A stretch of 62,407 nucleotides of DNA, filler included. It is 5 parts of 5 records of this genome, joined end to end, with 100 filler letters (N's around TTAATTAATTAA, not from the genome) between each part and the next. Parts side by side here need not be neighbours in the genome. Positions count along the whole stretch, not along the records: positions 27,495 to 43,912 come from SRR20825010_1918; positions 44,013 to 53,498 come from SRR20825010_1926; 3 more parts are not named here. One strand, given 5' to 3'. The position numbers were made by a program, and so were the translations under genes. The notes under the pieces are model-generated. The model worked only from the letters and a program-made list of their open reading frames with translations. It ran no database searches and was not told the origin of the DNA. Shown here in pieces: positions 41,835 to 51,952 of the stretch; positions within the stretch are counted from its first letter, which is position 1; each line of letters begins with the position of its first letter.

Positions 41835-43912
41835 ATGAACAGAAAAGAACTATTAGAAATAGCCGAAAATTGGTTCCAAGAACAAAACTGGAAACCATTT
41901 TCTTTTCAAAAAGAGAGTTGGAATGCCTTTTTGGAGGGCAAACATGGCCTTTTGAACGCTCCCACTGGAAGCGGCAAAACCTATGCACTTTGGTTTCCGA
42001 TCGTGCTCAACTACATCAAAAACAATTCTGATTACAAGACCAAGCACAAAAAAGGACTAAAAGCCATCTGGATTACGCCATTGCGAGCACTTTCCCAGGA
42101 AATCAAACAATCCGCAGAACGCATTACCCAAGATTTGGAAACCCAAATGACCGTGGGCATTCGAACTGGGGACACATCAGCAAAAGAACGGGCAAAAATG
42201 CGAACCCATATGCCCGACCTATTGATCACAACTCCTGAAAGCTTACAGTTATTGCTCTCATCCAAAGACTATAAAAAAACATTCAAAAACTGCTCCGCCA
42301 TTGTGGTGGACGAATGGCATGAACTTTTGGGCACCAAACGGGGTGTTCAAATGGAATTGGGAATCTCCCGATTAAAAACTATCTGCAAGGAATTACGCAT
42401 TTGGGGCATATCGGCCACCATTGGAAATCTGGAGCAAGCTCGCGAAGTCCTGTTCGGGCCAACATCGCCAGAATTGGAAAATTCGGTCTTGGTCAAGGCC
42501 AACCTCAACAAAAAAATCACGGTGAAAAGTATTGTTCCAAAGGAAATGGAAACCTTTCCTTGGCGCGGGCACTTGGGATTACATCTTTTAGATCAGGTGG
42601 TGCCCATCATCAACAACAGTAAAACCACCTTGCTTTTTACCAATACCCGAAGCCAATGCGAAATCTGGTTTCAGAAAATCTTGGAAAAATACCCCGAGTT
42701 TGCTGGCGAAATGGCGATGCACCACGGCAGCATCAACAAAGAAACCCGATTGTGGGTGGAGCAGGCCATCCGAAACCAAAGTCTAAAAGCCGTGGTCTGC
42801 ACATCGAGCCTTGACCTGGGAGTTGATTTTGCGCCTGTGGAAACCGTGATCCAAAGTGGCGGTCCCAAAGGCGTAGCTCGTTTTTTACAACGTGCCGGAC
42901 GTAGCGGGCACCGACCGGGCAAAGAAAGTGTCATCCATTTCTTGCCCACGCACGCCATCGAATTGGTTGAGGCTTCGGCCATGCAAAAAGCGGTATTGAA
43001 CAGCGCCGTGGAAGACCGCATACCATACCTCAACAGCTTTGATGTCCTTATTCAGTATTTGACCACTTTGGCGGTTTCCGATGGGTTTTATCCGGATGAG
43101 ATCTATCCTGAAATCAAACAAACGTTCTGTTATCAGACCTTGACCGAAGAACAATGGCAATGGCTGTTGAATTTTTTGGTGATGGGAAGTCAAAGTTTGA
43201 AGAGCTACGACGAGTATAAAAAGGTGGAGATTGAAGAAGATGGCAAATTCAAAGTGAACAGCAGGGCGGTTGCTATGCGACATCGGTTTCAAATCGGGAC
43301 CATTGTGGGCGATGCCACCATCTCCGTTCGCTATCAAAAAGGAGGATACATTGGCAGTATCGAGGAATATTTTATTTCCAAATTGAGTCCCGGCGACGTT
43401 TTCACTTTTGCAGGACGTAATCTGGAATTTATTAGGATCAAAGGGATGGCCGCACACGTTCGAAATTCCAAAAAGAGAACCAACAAAGTGCCCAGCTGGA
43501 TGGGAGGGCGTTTGAGTTTTTCCGCAAAGATGTCCGAACTGTTGCGGCAGGAATTGTACACCGCCGAATTGGAGTTTTCGGAACAGTCGGAAGAAATACA
43601 AGCATTGCAGCCGATGTTTGCCAAGCAGCGGGAAGAAAGCATAGTGCCACAGCCGCATCAATTTTTGATAGAAACCTTTAAGACCCGTGATGGCTACCAC
43701 CATATGTTTTACCCTTTTGAAGGCAGGGCCATTCACGAAGGGATGAGCAGTCTCTTGGCCTATCGCATCAGTTTGTTGATGCCGATAACCTGCTCCCTCG
43801 CTTTTAACGATTATGGGTTTGAGTTGCTATCGGACAGGGAAATCAACATTCAGGAAATTTTGGACAACAACCTTTTTACGCCGGAGTATATGTTGTCCGA
43901 CCTTCAAAAAAG
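41835..43912 (+). CDS. Ligase-associated Lhr-like DEXH helicase, 3'-truncated by contig end
   Basis: APTGSGKT, VVDEWH, SATIGN, HHGS, QRAGRSGH, PSWMGG. Confidence 0.93.
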
Positions 43913-44012
43913 NNNNNNNNNNNNNNNNNNNNNNNNNNNNNNNNNNNNNNNNNNNNTTAATTAATTAANNNNNNNNNNNNNNNNNNNNNNNNNNNNNNNN
44001 NNNNNNNNNNNN
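43913..44012. other. Artificial contig spacer
   Basis: N run with TTAATTAATTAA. Confidence 0.97.
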
Positions 44013-44611
44013 TAGTCGATCGGGAAATTCATATCGCTGACGGGGCCATCCTGAACAACTTTGCCGTTAATATAGGTGCGCACAGATTGCTCACGAATAT
44101 CTACGCCACGGACAATTCCTGGTCCAATCGGGCAGAATCCATCCATGCCCTTGACACGCAGCATGGAGCCCGCATCCGTATCGCGGAAGTCCTGCGCCCC
44201 GACATCATTTGATGGTGCGAAACCTGCCAAATGATCCCACACATCTTCGCGCGCGACATTGCGCATGGGCTTGCCGACAATTGCTGCAATCTCGCCTTCG
44301 TAGTTGAGATACTGGCAATCTGCCGGACGGCTGACAAAGCCGCGATGAGCGTTGAGCGTCGTCAGCGGCTTCTGGAAATAGGTCGGCGTGACGAGTTCGG
44401 GAGCATGAAATTCGACGCGACGCGAGTCATAGTTCAGATGGATGCAAATGATCTTGCTTGGTTCGCAAGGCGCCATATAGGTGGCATCTTTTTCCGCGAG
44501 TCGACGACCATCGGGCAGACGAAGATCGTCGCCTTCCAACTGCACCCATTGCGGTGTGCCCTGATAGAAAATACGCCGCCATTCTTCGCGCGGGCCTTTG
44601 AGTACGGACAT
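44013..44611 (-). CDS. Fumarylacetoacetate hydrolase family protein (HpaG-like), 3'-truncated
   Basis: SKIICIHLNY, YEGEIA, SNDVGAQD, KGMDGFCPIGP; GGAGG RBS. Confidence 0.88.
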
Positions 44612-44648
44612 GATTTCATTCCTCCTGATTTTGGTTCTAAGTCTGCAA

Positions 44649-44801
44649 TTAAGTTCCGGCGGAAGTTTTCCGCATGACTTTGCGTATTGTGTTCAATGCA
44701 ATGTCGGTCGAGATCATCAGCATCTGACTGCTGGTGTCTATGTTGAGGATGCGCTGCTGAGCTTCCTTGATGATCCGATCCTCCTCGAATGAGAGGCCGT
44801 A
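44649..44801 (-). pseudogene. Remnant of a Rieske oxygenase (VanA-like) C-terminus
   Basis: Hand translation SFEEDRIIKEAQQRILNIDTSSQMLMISTDIALNTIRKVM fits the F-x-E-D...EAQQ...D...R pattern; no start codon. Confidence 0.55.
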
Positions 44802-44809
44802 TCAGCCCA

Positions 44810-44905
44810 CCAGATAAGCAAGCGGCGCACAGGCATCAGAAACACCGACGTGACGGAATTGATCGGCAACCCCGCCACTTTGCCATTCGGTGTTCTGGCC
44901 GATGC
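44810..44905 (-). pseudogene. Remnant of a flavin reductase (HpaC-like)
   Basis: SARTPNGKVAGLPINSVTSVFLMP resembles the G-x-T-x-NSFTSVSL-x-P motif. Confidence 0.55.
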
Positions 44906-44909
44906 AAAG

Positions 44910-44948
44910 GCGCCGCCACTCTTTGCGCGGGCCTTCAAGTACGGACAC
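44910..44948 (-). pseudogene. 5' remnant of a second FAH-family gene
   Basis: GTG start with GGGAGA RBS; (M)SVLEGPRKEWRR versus MSVLKGPREEWRR of the intact gene. Confidence 0.75.
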
Positions 44949-44980
44949 GTTGGTCTCTCCCTGTTTTCCGGTTCCGACGA

Positions 44981-45886
44981 TCAGGCCGGGACCATGAATC
45001 CCTTCATGTTCTCGAAAACCGGGGTATGACCATAAGAATCCCGCTGATAGAATTCCGACTGGCCGGTCGGCGCACGACCGCCCCATCCGATTTCGTTCAT
45101 GAACCCCGAGGGATTCTTGAAGTAGAAGGAAAAGTTGTGATCGTTGGAATGGCTGCCCGGCTCGATAATCACCGGCAATTGCGCCAGGCGCACAATATCA
45201 TGCGTGAGCCCGACATCCTCTAGCCGTTCCACTTCGAACATCAGATGATTGATTGCCTTCTCCGACTGGTCCCCGAAAGCAAGCGTGTGCTGGCGGGTAT
45301 TGCAGTGAAGGAACATTAGCTCGACTTTATTGGGCATGCCCGGAATCGTAATCTTGTACTCAATGCCGCCCCGCAACCCGAGCAACGTGTAGAAGGCATG
45401 CACCTCCTCGAAACTGGTGCGACGGTTCAGCATCATGTGCCCGAACCCGCCGGACGCGGTCTTGAATCCTCCATGGGTCCTCCTCCCCGGATAAAAGGGA
45501 AGGTCATACTGGACCAGCGGTCCATGAAAGAGTTCGACCGCAAATCCGTTCGGGTCTGTTACGAACATGATCTCGAGCACGTGTCGGGCCTCGGCTTCTT
45601 CGGCGCTGCCGATTCTAACATCGGTGCCCGCTGCCTTGAGGCGATCCGCCATTTCGCGAAATTCCAAAACACCAGCGAGGCGGAGGCCCATTGCGAGGAG
45701 GTCGTCCGCCGGATCCTCGACAAGCTTGATCCGGTGGTGCCAGTAGTCCATCCGCAGATAGCGGGTCTTTTCGTCCTCGCCTGGTCGCACCTCCAGAGCC
45801 AGAACCTGCGAAGCATATTCCTCCCACGCAGCGAGATTGCTGACGCCGAGCGTGATATAGCCCAGCTCTGTGACTTCTGCTGCCAT
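44981..45886 (-). CDS. Type I extradiol ring-cleavage dioxygenase (BphC/NahC-like)
   Basis: ELGYI, LRMDYWHHR, GFGH, FLHCNTRQH, NHLMFE, HSND...SFYFKNPSG, EIGWG; start at MAAEV. Confidence 0.92.
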   Translation of the reverse strand: MAAEVTELGYITLGVSNLAAWEEYASQVLALEVRPGEDEKTRYLRMDYWHHRIKLVEDPADDLLAMGLRLAGVLEFREMADRLKAAGTDVRIGSAEEAEARHVLEIMFVTDPNGFAVELFHGPLVQYDLPFYPGRRTHGGFKTASGGFGHMMLNRRTSFEEVHAFYTLLGLRGGIEYKITIPGMPNKVELMFLHCNTRQHTLAFGDQSEKAINHLMFEVERLEDVGLTHDIVRLAQLPVIIEPGSHSNDHNFSFYFKNPSGFMNEIGWGGRAPTGQSEFYQRDSYGHTPVFENMKGFMVPA

Positions 45887-45897
45887 GATTTCCTCCC

Positions 45898-47358
45898 TCA
45901 GGCAAACGATCCCTTGCGGACCGATATGTTTTTTATGTCGGTGTAGAAGTCGAAGCTCCAGACGCCACCTTCGCGCCCGATGCCGGAATCTTTCGATCCG
46001 CCAAAAGGTGCGGCGAGATCGCGAACAAAGAAGCAATTAACCCAGAGCGTGCCAGCGGATATCTGCGAAGCAATGTCCATCGCTCGTTTTTCGTTGCGGC
46101 TGAATAATGTGCCGGCCAATCCGTATTTCGTGTTGTTGGCCAGCTCGACGACCTCATCGTCGCTGGTGAAGCTCTGCCAAGTGAGCACGGGGCCAAACAC
46201 TTCGCGTTGCGAAATTTCCAGTGTGGGGTTCACATCAGAAAAGAGTGTTGGTTCAAAATAAAGCTCACCAAAGTTTGAACGCCCACCACCCCAGAGCGGC
46301 ACAGCACCGTCCGCTTTCGCGCGTTCGACAAACCCAGCAACCCGATCGAAGTGTTCCTTATGGATCAGAGGCCCGACGCGCGTATCCTTATCGCGAGGAT
46401 CACCCACCACCATGTTGCTCGAAGCGCTTCTTACCTTTTCGAGGAACTCTTCCTCGATTTTCTTCTCAACCATGATGCGCGTGCCAGCGAGGCAAACCTG
46501 TCCAGCATTCATATATTGACCGGCCACCGTCTGTGCAGCGGCGTCAAGATCAGCGTCAGCGCAAACAATGAAAGGCGACTTGCCTCCCAGCTCTGAACTC
46601 ATCGGCGTGATAGACCGCGCCGCCGCCTGACCGATAATTTTGGCCGTGTCGGTCGAACCCGTAAAGCTGATGCGATCAACGTCTGGGTGATTGACGAGCG
46701 CATCGCCCGCTTCCTCGCCAATGCCTTGCACCACATTGAGCACACCATCCGGCACGCCTGCTGCCTTGGCAATATCGGCCATAAGCGAGCAAGTCAGCGG
46801 CGCCCATTCCGGCGGCTTGATAACAATAGTGTTGCCTGCGGCAAGCGCCGGACCGACCTTCCATGTCGTCAGCATAAAAGGCGCATTCCACGGCGTGATG
46901 AGAATCGAGACGCCTGAAGGATCATATTTGATGTGATTGACAACTTCGGGCGAGTCTATGCTGTGCCCGTCAAGCGTCAACGCCCATTCGGCAAAGAAGT
47001 CGATGTTGTGCGCGGCGCGCGGGATGACACGATGGACATTGCCCATGAGGAGTGAGCCATTATCCATCGTCTCAACCACCGCCAATTCATTGGCCCGTGC
47101 CAATATGCCTTCGGCGAATTTCTTCAAGATCGGAAGCCGCCCTTTAGGGCCGAGAGCTGCCCAGGCAGGAAACGCTTTGCGTGCAGCTTCAACTGCGGCA
47201 TTGGCTTCGACTTTGCCGCCCGCCGACATATCGGCGAGATGCGACCCATCAACGGGCGAGATATTAGCGAAGCGACCAGAGGATGCGACGCGCTTGCCGT
47301 TGATGAAATGGTCGGTCGAAATTTCGACGCCCGCGACTGTTACGGAATTCACACTCAT
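45898..47358 (-). CDS. Ring-fission semialdehyde dehydrogenase (HpaE/XylG-like)
   Basis: ITPWNAPFML, FTGST, ELGGKSP, GQVCLAGTR, EVFGP, SGIGREGG. Confidence 0.9.
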   Translation of the reverse strand: MSVNSVTVAGVEISTDHFINGKRVASSGRFANISPVDGSHLADMSAGGKVEANAAVEAARKAFPAWAALGPKGRLPILKKFAEGILARANELAVVETMDNGSLLMGNVHRVIPRAAHNIDFFAEWALTLDGHSIDSPEVVNHIKYDPSGVSILITPWNAPFMLTTWKVGPALAAGNTIVIKPPEWAPLTCSLMADIAKAAGVPDGVLNVVQGIGEEAGDALVNHPDVDRISFTGSTDTAKIIGQAAARSITPMSSELGGKSPFIVCADADLDAAAQTVAGQYMNAGQVCLAGTRIMVEKKIEEEFLEKVRSASSNMVVGDPRDKDTRVGPLIHKEHFDRVAGFVERAKADGAVPLWGGGRSNFGELYFEPTLFSDVNPTLEISQREVFGPVLTWQSFTSDDEVVELANNTKYGLAGTLFSRNEKRAMDIASQISAGTLWVNCFFVRDLAAPFGGSKDSGIGREGGVWSFDFYTDIKNISVRKGSFA

Positions 47359-48854
47359 GCTGCCTGTCCTACTTTTTTTGACTTTTTCGATGCGCCGGCC
47401 GATTGATCAGCGCCCGTCACTGGCTCTGTCATAAAGCGGTTGACCAGCCGATCTGCCCGCGTCCGGTCACCCAGAATGTGCGCCAGTTGTTGATTGCGCG
47501 CTCCTGACGCCAGATAGAAGCGTTCGTATTGCTCGTTGCGGCTGGCAAGGGCACTACCGGAAAAGTCCCAAGCGAGACGGAAGATGCGGGCGCGGTCTTC
47601 CGCACTGACGCCGCCTGCCCCATGCATGAATTCCTCGATCAGAGGGCGCAATTTAGGATCGGCAAATTGCGCAGCTGTTGGAGCAGCCAGCAAATTATGC
47701 GAGCCGATCAAACGGATGATTTCATTCACGCGCGGGAACCAATACGGCAGAGAGGCACGCAGCGCAACGAGAGGGGCACCCTGAGGAAACCAAACACCAT
47801 TGCCATGTTCATGCGCATTGTCTTCGGCCGTCTGAATAGCCGAACGAGCAAGTTCGGAAAAGGTCCAGATTTCGCCCAGCATTTGCGCGTTGATCGGCTG
47901 GACCGCATTGATCGATTCCGCCATGCGCGCGGCCATGCCCCATGCAAATTCGAGCTTGGTTTGGGCACGGATCATCGTCTGCTGCATGATATTGGGATAC
48001 CACCCGGTGCTCATGACCTGATTGTAAACGGCCATGTTGCAATTGATGTGCAAACGGTCCCACGGCACTTCGACATCATCAAAGATCACATAGGCATCCT
48101 GTTCGTCAAAGCGCGACGAAAGTGGGTGATCGAAGTTGTTGCGTGAACCGGCGCAGCTGTCGCGGCAGATAAATTTGAGGCCGGGCGTATTCATCGGAAT
48201 ACAAAAGGCGAGCGCATAGTCATCTGTACCGGGAAGCAGAGGTGCGCCGGGATAGACAGCAATTTCATCGGCAAAAGGCGCAAGCGTTGCCAGAATACGC
48301 GCACCACGCACGATGATGCCATGTTCGGTTTCGCCCACCTTACGCAATGACACTTTGTTGCCGGGCTTGGGAGCATCTCCTTCTGCCTTGTCAATGGTCG
48401 GCTGAACGATGGTATGGGTCAGCGAAATGTCATTGCGGCGCAGGAATTTTTGATAGTTGACGAGGTTTTCGCCGCCTTCTTCGTTGCCGTTCGCGCCCCA
48501 TTCATCTGAACGTCCGGCAAAGCCCGCATAAGTCACATTCATGTAGTCAGGCGAACGCCCCATGACCCCAACTGTATATTCGGCGGTGCGTTGCAAACCC
48601 TTGTGGCGCTTCTGCAGGTCTTCCTTGGAGCGCGGGATCATATGGCTGACATTGATCTGTTCACCAGTTTCCGGGTCCGCCATCAAGCAATCGTCTGCAA
48701 ACTCATGCTGCAGATCAAATGTCGCCGCCAGACCGCGTGCCGCGCCAGCGAAAGCCGGATGGTCTGTCACGTCGGAGACTTTTTCGTTTCCAACCCAGAC
48801 TTCGCGGCCGTCGGCCAGCCCTTTGAGAAATTGTTCGCCTGTACGTGCAGCCAT
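47355..48854 (-). CDS. Two-component flavin monooxygenase, oxygenase subunit (HpaB family)
   Basis: MAARTGEQFL, GRSPDY, THT, HPLSSRFDEQD, YERFY. Confidence 0.9.
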   Translation of the reverse strand: MAARTGEQFLKGLADGREVWVGNEKVSDVTDHPAFAGAARGLAATFDLQHEFADDCLMADPETGEQINVSHMIPRSKEDLQKRHKGLQRTAEYTVGVMGRSPDYMNVTYAGFAGRSDEWGANGNEEGGENLVNYQKFLRRNDISLTHTIVQPTIDKAEGDAPKPGNKVSLRKVGETEHGIIVRGARILATLAPFADEIAVYPGAPLLPGTDDYALAFCIPMNTPGLKFICRDSCAGSRNNFDHPLSSRFDEQDAYVIFDDVEVPWDRLHINCNMAVYNQVMSTGWYPNIMQQTMIRAQTKLEFAWGMAARMAESINAVQPINAQMLGEIWTFSELARSAIQTAEDNAHEHGNGVWFPQGAPLVALRASLPYWFPRVNEIIRLIGSHNLLAAPTAAQFADPKLRPLIEEFMHGAGGVSAEDRARIFRLAWDFSGSALASRNEQYERFYLASGARNQQLAHILGDRTRADRLVNRFMTEPVTGADQSAGASKKSKKVGQAA

Positions 48855-48948
48855 GTCGTCGCTTCTCCCCTTTTTGAGCCGGTCCTCGACTGGCACGACA
48901 TGCGCGCTGCAGTGGAACCCCGTTGAGACCTTAAATTTATGATTTATC

Positions 48949-48994
48949 TCAATAATGACTATAATCAGTTTATTGACAAAGCACCGCCTGTCAA
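48949..48994 (-). promoter_or_regulatory. Sigma70-like promoter with overlapping palindromic operator
   Basis: Minus strand TTGACA-N16-TAAACT; imperfect palindrome TCAATAATGACTATAATCAGTTTATTGA. Confidence 0.55.
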
Positions 48995-49133
48995 GCGGCC
49001 CATGCGGCAAAGCTGGACTTGCGATGCCTGCCGTTGGACATTAGGACCACTAACGCGTTGATTTTCGGACGCTTCTTTATTTTTGAGAGAGAGACAATTC
49101 GTGGCGGAGAAATTGGCAAAGCGAGCGTCGAAG

Positions 49134-49823
49134 ATGTCGACAAAACCATCGCGGTCACAAAAAGCCGCCGAACCCAGTCGTCGCGAACGCAATAAGCAGG
49201 AAAAGCGCGACCGGATTATTGCGGCCGCGAAAGAGCTTTTCGGCAGCAAAGGATTCGCCGACACGACGACGCAGGAGATCGCCGAAAAGGCAGATATCGG
49301 AACAGGCACACTGTTTCTCTATGCCAAATCCAAAGAAGAGCTTCTCGTCATGGTCTTCAGCGGCGACATGCTGGAACAGGCTGAAAATGCCTTCAAAAAC
49401 CTGCCCGCATCCGCCACGCTAGTCGACAAGCTGATGCTCATCTTCGGGTCAATGATCGAGTATCATGATCAAGACCGGGAACTTACGAGACCACTGTTGA
49501 AGGAAGTCTCTGTACTGACCTCCCCGACACCAAACAAAGATCTCACGCGCCTGATGCACGGTATCTACAAAGGTATCGGTGACGCCATCATTGCAAGTCA
49601 GAGCAGAGGTGATATTCGCGCGAACGTCGATCCCCTGCTCGCAGCAGAAGCTCTGTTCGCCATTTATTACGTGAGTTTGCTGAATTGGATCAGCGGCGGC
49701 ACGACAAAACAGAAACTACTCAAGAGACTTCGCGCCAGACTCACCATCGGTGTCGAAGGCTTGGTTGAACCAGCAACGCCCAAAAGCCTCGGCACCGCGC
49801 GGAAGACGACACGCAAGGTCTGA
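49134..49823 (+). CDS. TetR/AcrR family regulator
   Basis: IIAAAKELF...GFADTTTQEIAEKADIGTGTLFLYAKSKEELL; start uncertain. Confidence 0.92.
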   Translation: MSTKPSRSQKAAEPSRRERNKQEKRDRIIAAAKELFGSKGFADTTTQEIAEKADIGTGTLFLYAKSKEELLVMVFSGDMLEQAENAFKNLPASATLVDKLMLIFGSMIEYHDQDRELTRPLLKEVSVLTSPTPNKDLTRLMHGIYKGIGDAIIASQSRGDIRANVDPLLAAEALFAIYYVSLLNWISGGTTKQKLLKRLRARLTIGVEGLVEPATPKSLGTARKTTRKV

Positions 49824-49865
49824 CTGCCGCCGCACACCATCCTTCGTACATTTAGTTGACTTTAA

Positions 49866-49892
49866 TCAATTATGATGACAGTCATTTATTTA
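49866..49892. promoter_or_regulatory. Second putative TetR operator
   Basis: TCAATTATGATGACAGTCATTTATTTA shares the TGAT-n-A-n-AGTCATT core with the site at 48949. Confidence 0.5.
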
Positions 49893-49935
49893 GAAAGCCC
49901 GAGCGGGAACAACGGGCACCAGCGGAGGAACAGTC

Positions 49936-50715
49936 ATGCCTGAAAGCCTTAAATTGCGTTGGAGCAAAGGCGAGATCACACTGGGAGCTTGGGCGATGAT
50001 GCCGGGCGCGCTAGGCGCCGAGGCGCTCGCACAGGGCGGTTTCGATTGGGTTCTCATCGACATGCAGCACGGCTGCATGGACTACGAGACTGCCCTATCC
50101 ATGATCCGCGCCATTGATCTCTCGTCTGCCGTGCCCATTGTGCGGGTGCCGTGGAACGATCCCGGCATCATTGGGCGCGTGCTCGACGCTGGCGCATTGG
50201 GCGTTGTCATTCCCATGATCCAGACGGTGGAAGACGCTCAACGTGCTGTCGATGCCTGTCTCTATCCGCCACATGGACGACGCAGCTTTGGCCCGATACG
50301 TGTCGGATTGCGCGACGGCCAAGGCTATTTCATGGAAGCCAATGCACGCGTCGCGGTCATCCCCATGATCGAAACTACGGAGGCCTTGGCCGCTGTCGAA
50401 GAGATCGCGAAAGTGCCTGGCGTTGATGCACTGTTCGTCGGCCCGTTCGATCTCTCCATCGCCCTCGACCTGCCCCCCGGCGACAATGACGGCAAACCGG
50501 CTTTCGATGCTGCCATCGCGAAAGTGAGCAAGGCCGCGAAAGCCGCAAACATTGCGACCGCTGTTCTTTCCAACGCGAAAGTCGCGCCCCTGCGCATTGA
50601 GCAAGGCTTTCAGATGATTTCCGTCACCACAGATATTGCCGCCCTTCAGATGGCAACACGAAGTGATTTGCAAACCGTGCTTGCGTCACAAAACAAGGGA
50701 GCCAACAATGCTTGA
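49936..50715 (+). CDS. HpcH/HpaI class II aldolase
   Basis: [37 protein letters not shown]. Confidence 0.9.
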   Translation: MPESLKLRWSKGEITLGAWAMMPGALGAEALAQGGFDWVLIDMQHGCMDYETALSMIRAIDLSSAVPIVRVPWNDPGIIGRVLDAGALGVVIPMIQTVEDAQRAVDACLYPPHGRRSFGPIRVGLRDGQGYFMEANARVAVIPMIETTEALAAVEEIAKVPGVDALFVGPFDLSIALDLPPGDNDGKPAFDAAIAKVSKAAKAANIATAVLSNAKVAPLRIEQGFQMISVTTDIAALQMATRSDLQTVLASQNKGANNA

Positions 50716-51499
50716 TCAAAAAACTCGCGAAAAAATCGTCAACGATCTTTTTAGTGTTTACGAGACGCGAAACCCCCTACCCCTGCTGACCAAAACCTAT
50801 CCCGGCATTGATGTTGAAGATTCCTACCGGATACAGGAAATGTTCATCGCCCGTCAGCTTGCGCACGGACGCCAGATCAAAGGCTACAAAGTAGGCCTCA
50901 CGTCAAAGGCAATGCAGGAGATGGCAGGGTCAACTGAGCCAGATTTCAGCGCCATGACGGATGATCTTTTCTTTCCCGAGGACACGCCCATCGCCGCATC
51001 ACATTTTTTCGATCCGATGATCGAAATTGAAATTGCCTTTGTGATGAAGGAGCGCTTGCAAGGTCCGGGTATCCTGCCGATGGATGTGGTTCGCGCCACA
51101 GACTTTGTCGTGCCCGCCATCGAGATTGTCGATTTTCGCGTGGCGCGCGCGCCGGGCATGAACCTCATCGACACGGTTGCCGATCTCGCCGCTTGTGGCG
51201 CAGTAGTACTCGGAGCAAACCCGCGCCGGCTCGATCAGATCGATATACGTAGTGTCAACGGGTCAATCATTTGCAATGACAAGGAAGAACAGAAAGGTTT
51301 GGCCTCGGCAGTGCTCGGCAATCCCGTCACATCAGTCGCGTGGCTCGCAAACAAACTAGGCGAATTCGGCGTCGCCTTTGAGCCGGGACATGTGATCCTG
51401 ACTGGCTCCTTCGTGCGCGCCTTTCCTGTCAAGGCGGGCGACAGCATTCTCTGCCACTTTGATCAGGGCCTGGGCGACGTCAAGACAAGCTTCGTGTGA
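50708..51499 (+). CDS. 2-keto-4-pentenoate / 2-oxo-hept-3-enedioate hydratase family
   Basis: [39 protein letters not shown]. Confidence 0.9.
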   Translation: MLDQKTREKIVNDLFSVYETRNPLPLLTKTYPGIDVEDSYRIQEMFIARQLAHGRQIKGYKVGLTSKAMQEMAGSTEPDFSAMTDDLFFPEDTPIAASHFFDPMIEIEIAFVMKERLQGPGILPMDVVRATDFVVPAIEIVDFRVARAPGMNLIDTVADLAACGAVVLGANPRRLDQIDIRSVNGSIICNDKEEQKGLASAVLGNPVTSVAWLANKLGEFGVAFEPGHVILTGSFVRAFPVKAGDSILCHFDQGLGDVKTSFV

Positions 51500-51711
51500 A
51501 TGTGAACTCATCAGCGCCAAGCGCACTCTCGGCAACAATCATCATGAATGGAACTCCGCTTTGCGCCATAAGCCGACATACCGCTGATGGAGGCCAAGGA
51601 ACATAAAATTGCTTGGCCTCACTCACCCGCGCTAACAAAAATACTGCGCCCGGGTCACTTTAGATTTGAGAATGAGTCACTTAGCGTCTGTCCCCACAAA
51701 TACGGCACGCG

Positions 51712-51788
51712 TGGTGGGCCCGGCAGGACTCGAACCTGCGACCAAACCGTTATGAGCGGTCCGCTCTAACCAACTGAGCTACAGGCCC
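51712..51788 (-). tRNA. tRNA with CAT anticodon, probably tRNA-Ile2 (lysidine)
   Basis: GGGCCTGTAGCTCAGTTGGTTAGAGC-GACCG-CTCATAA-CGGTT...GGTTCGAGTCC...GGGCCCACCA; G1-C72 pair and no initiator features. Confidence 0.88.
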
Positions 51789-51952
51789 CCGACGCGTCGC
51801 CTCGGTATGCCACAAACTTTGGCATCGTCGAAGCCAAAAAAGCGCGTTTCCCGTCTTCTGCCCATACAAATGGCCGCAATTTTGTCCCATTCCGCACTGA
51901 TGCTGGCGAGATGGGTACATTGAAACGGCTAACGCAACAGGAGCACGGGACC

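Noticed and set aside
42885-43736. 283-aa antisense ORF, and similar long shadow ORFs over fbp, mgtE, valS and the aromatic genes
   Set aside because: They fully overlap well-supported genes on the other strand and show no motifs.
41835-44611. Functional link between the DNA repair operon and the aromatic cluster
   Set aside because: Separated by an artificial spacer and from different organisms; ORF ends inside the Ns are artefacts.
45887-46036. N-terminal extensions in track ORFs (dioxygenase, HpaB-like, hydratase, methyltransferase, DUF2061)
   Set aside because: They overlap upstream genes or promoters; downstream starts match the family N-termini and mostly have an RBS.
51712-51788. Initiator tRNA-fMet
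   Set aside because: Has a G1-C72 pair and lacks three consecutive G-C pairs in the anticodon stem; Ile2 preferred, elongator Met not fully excluded.
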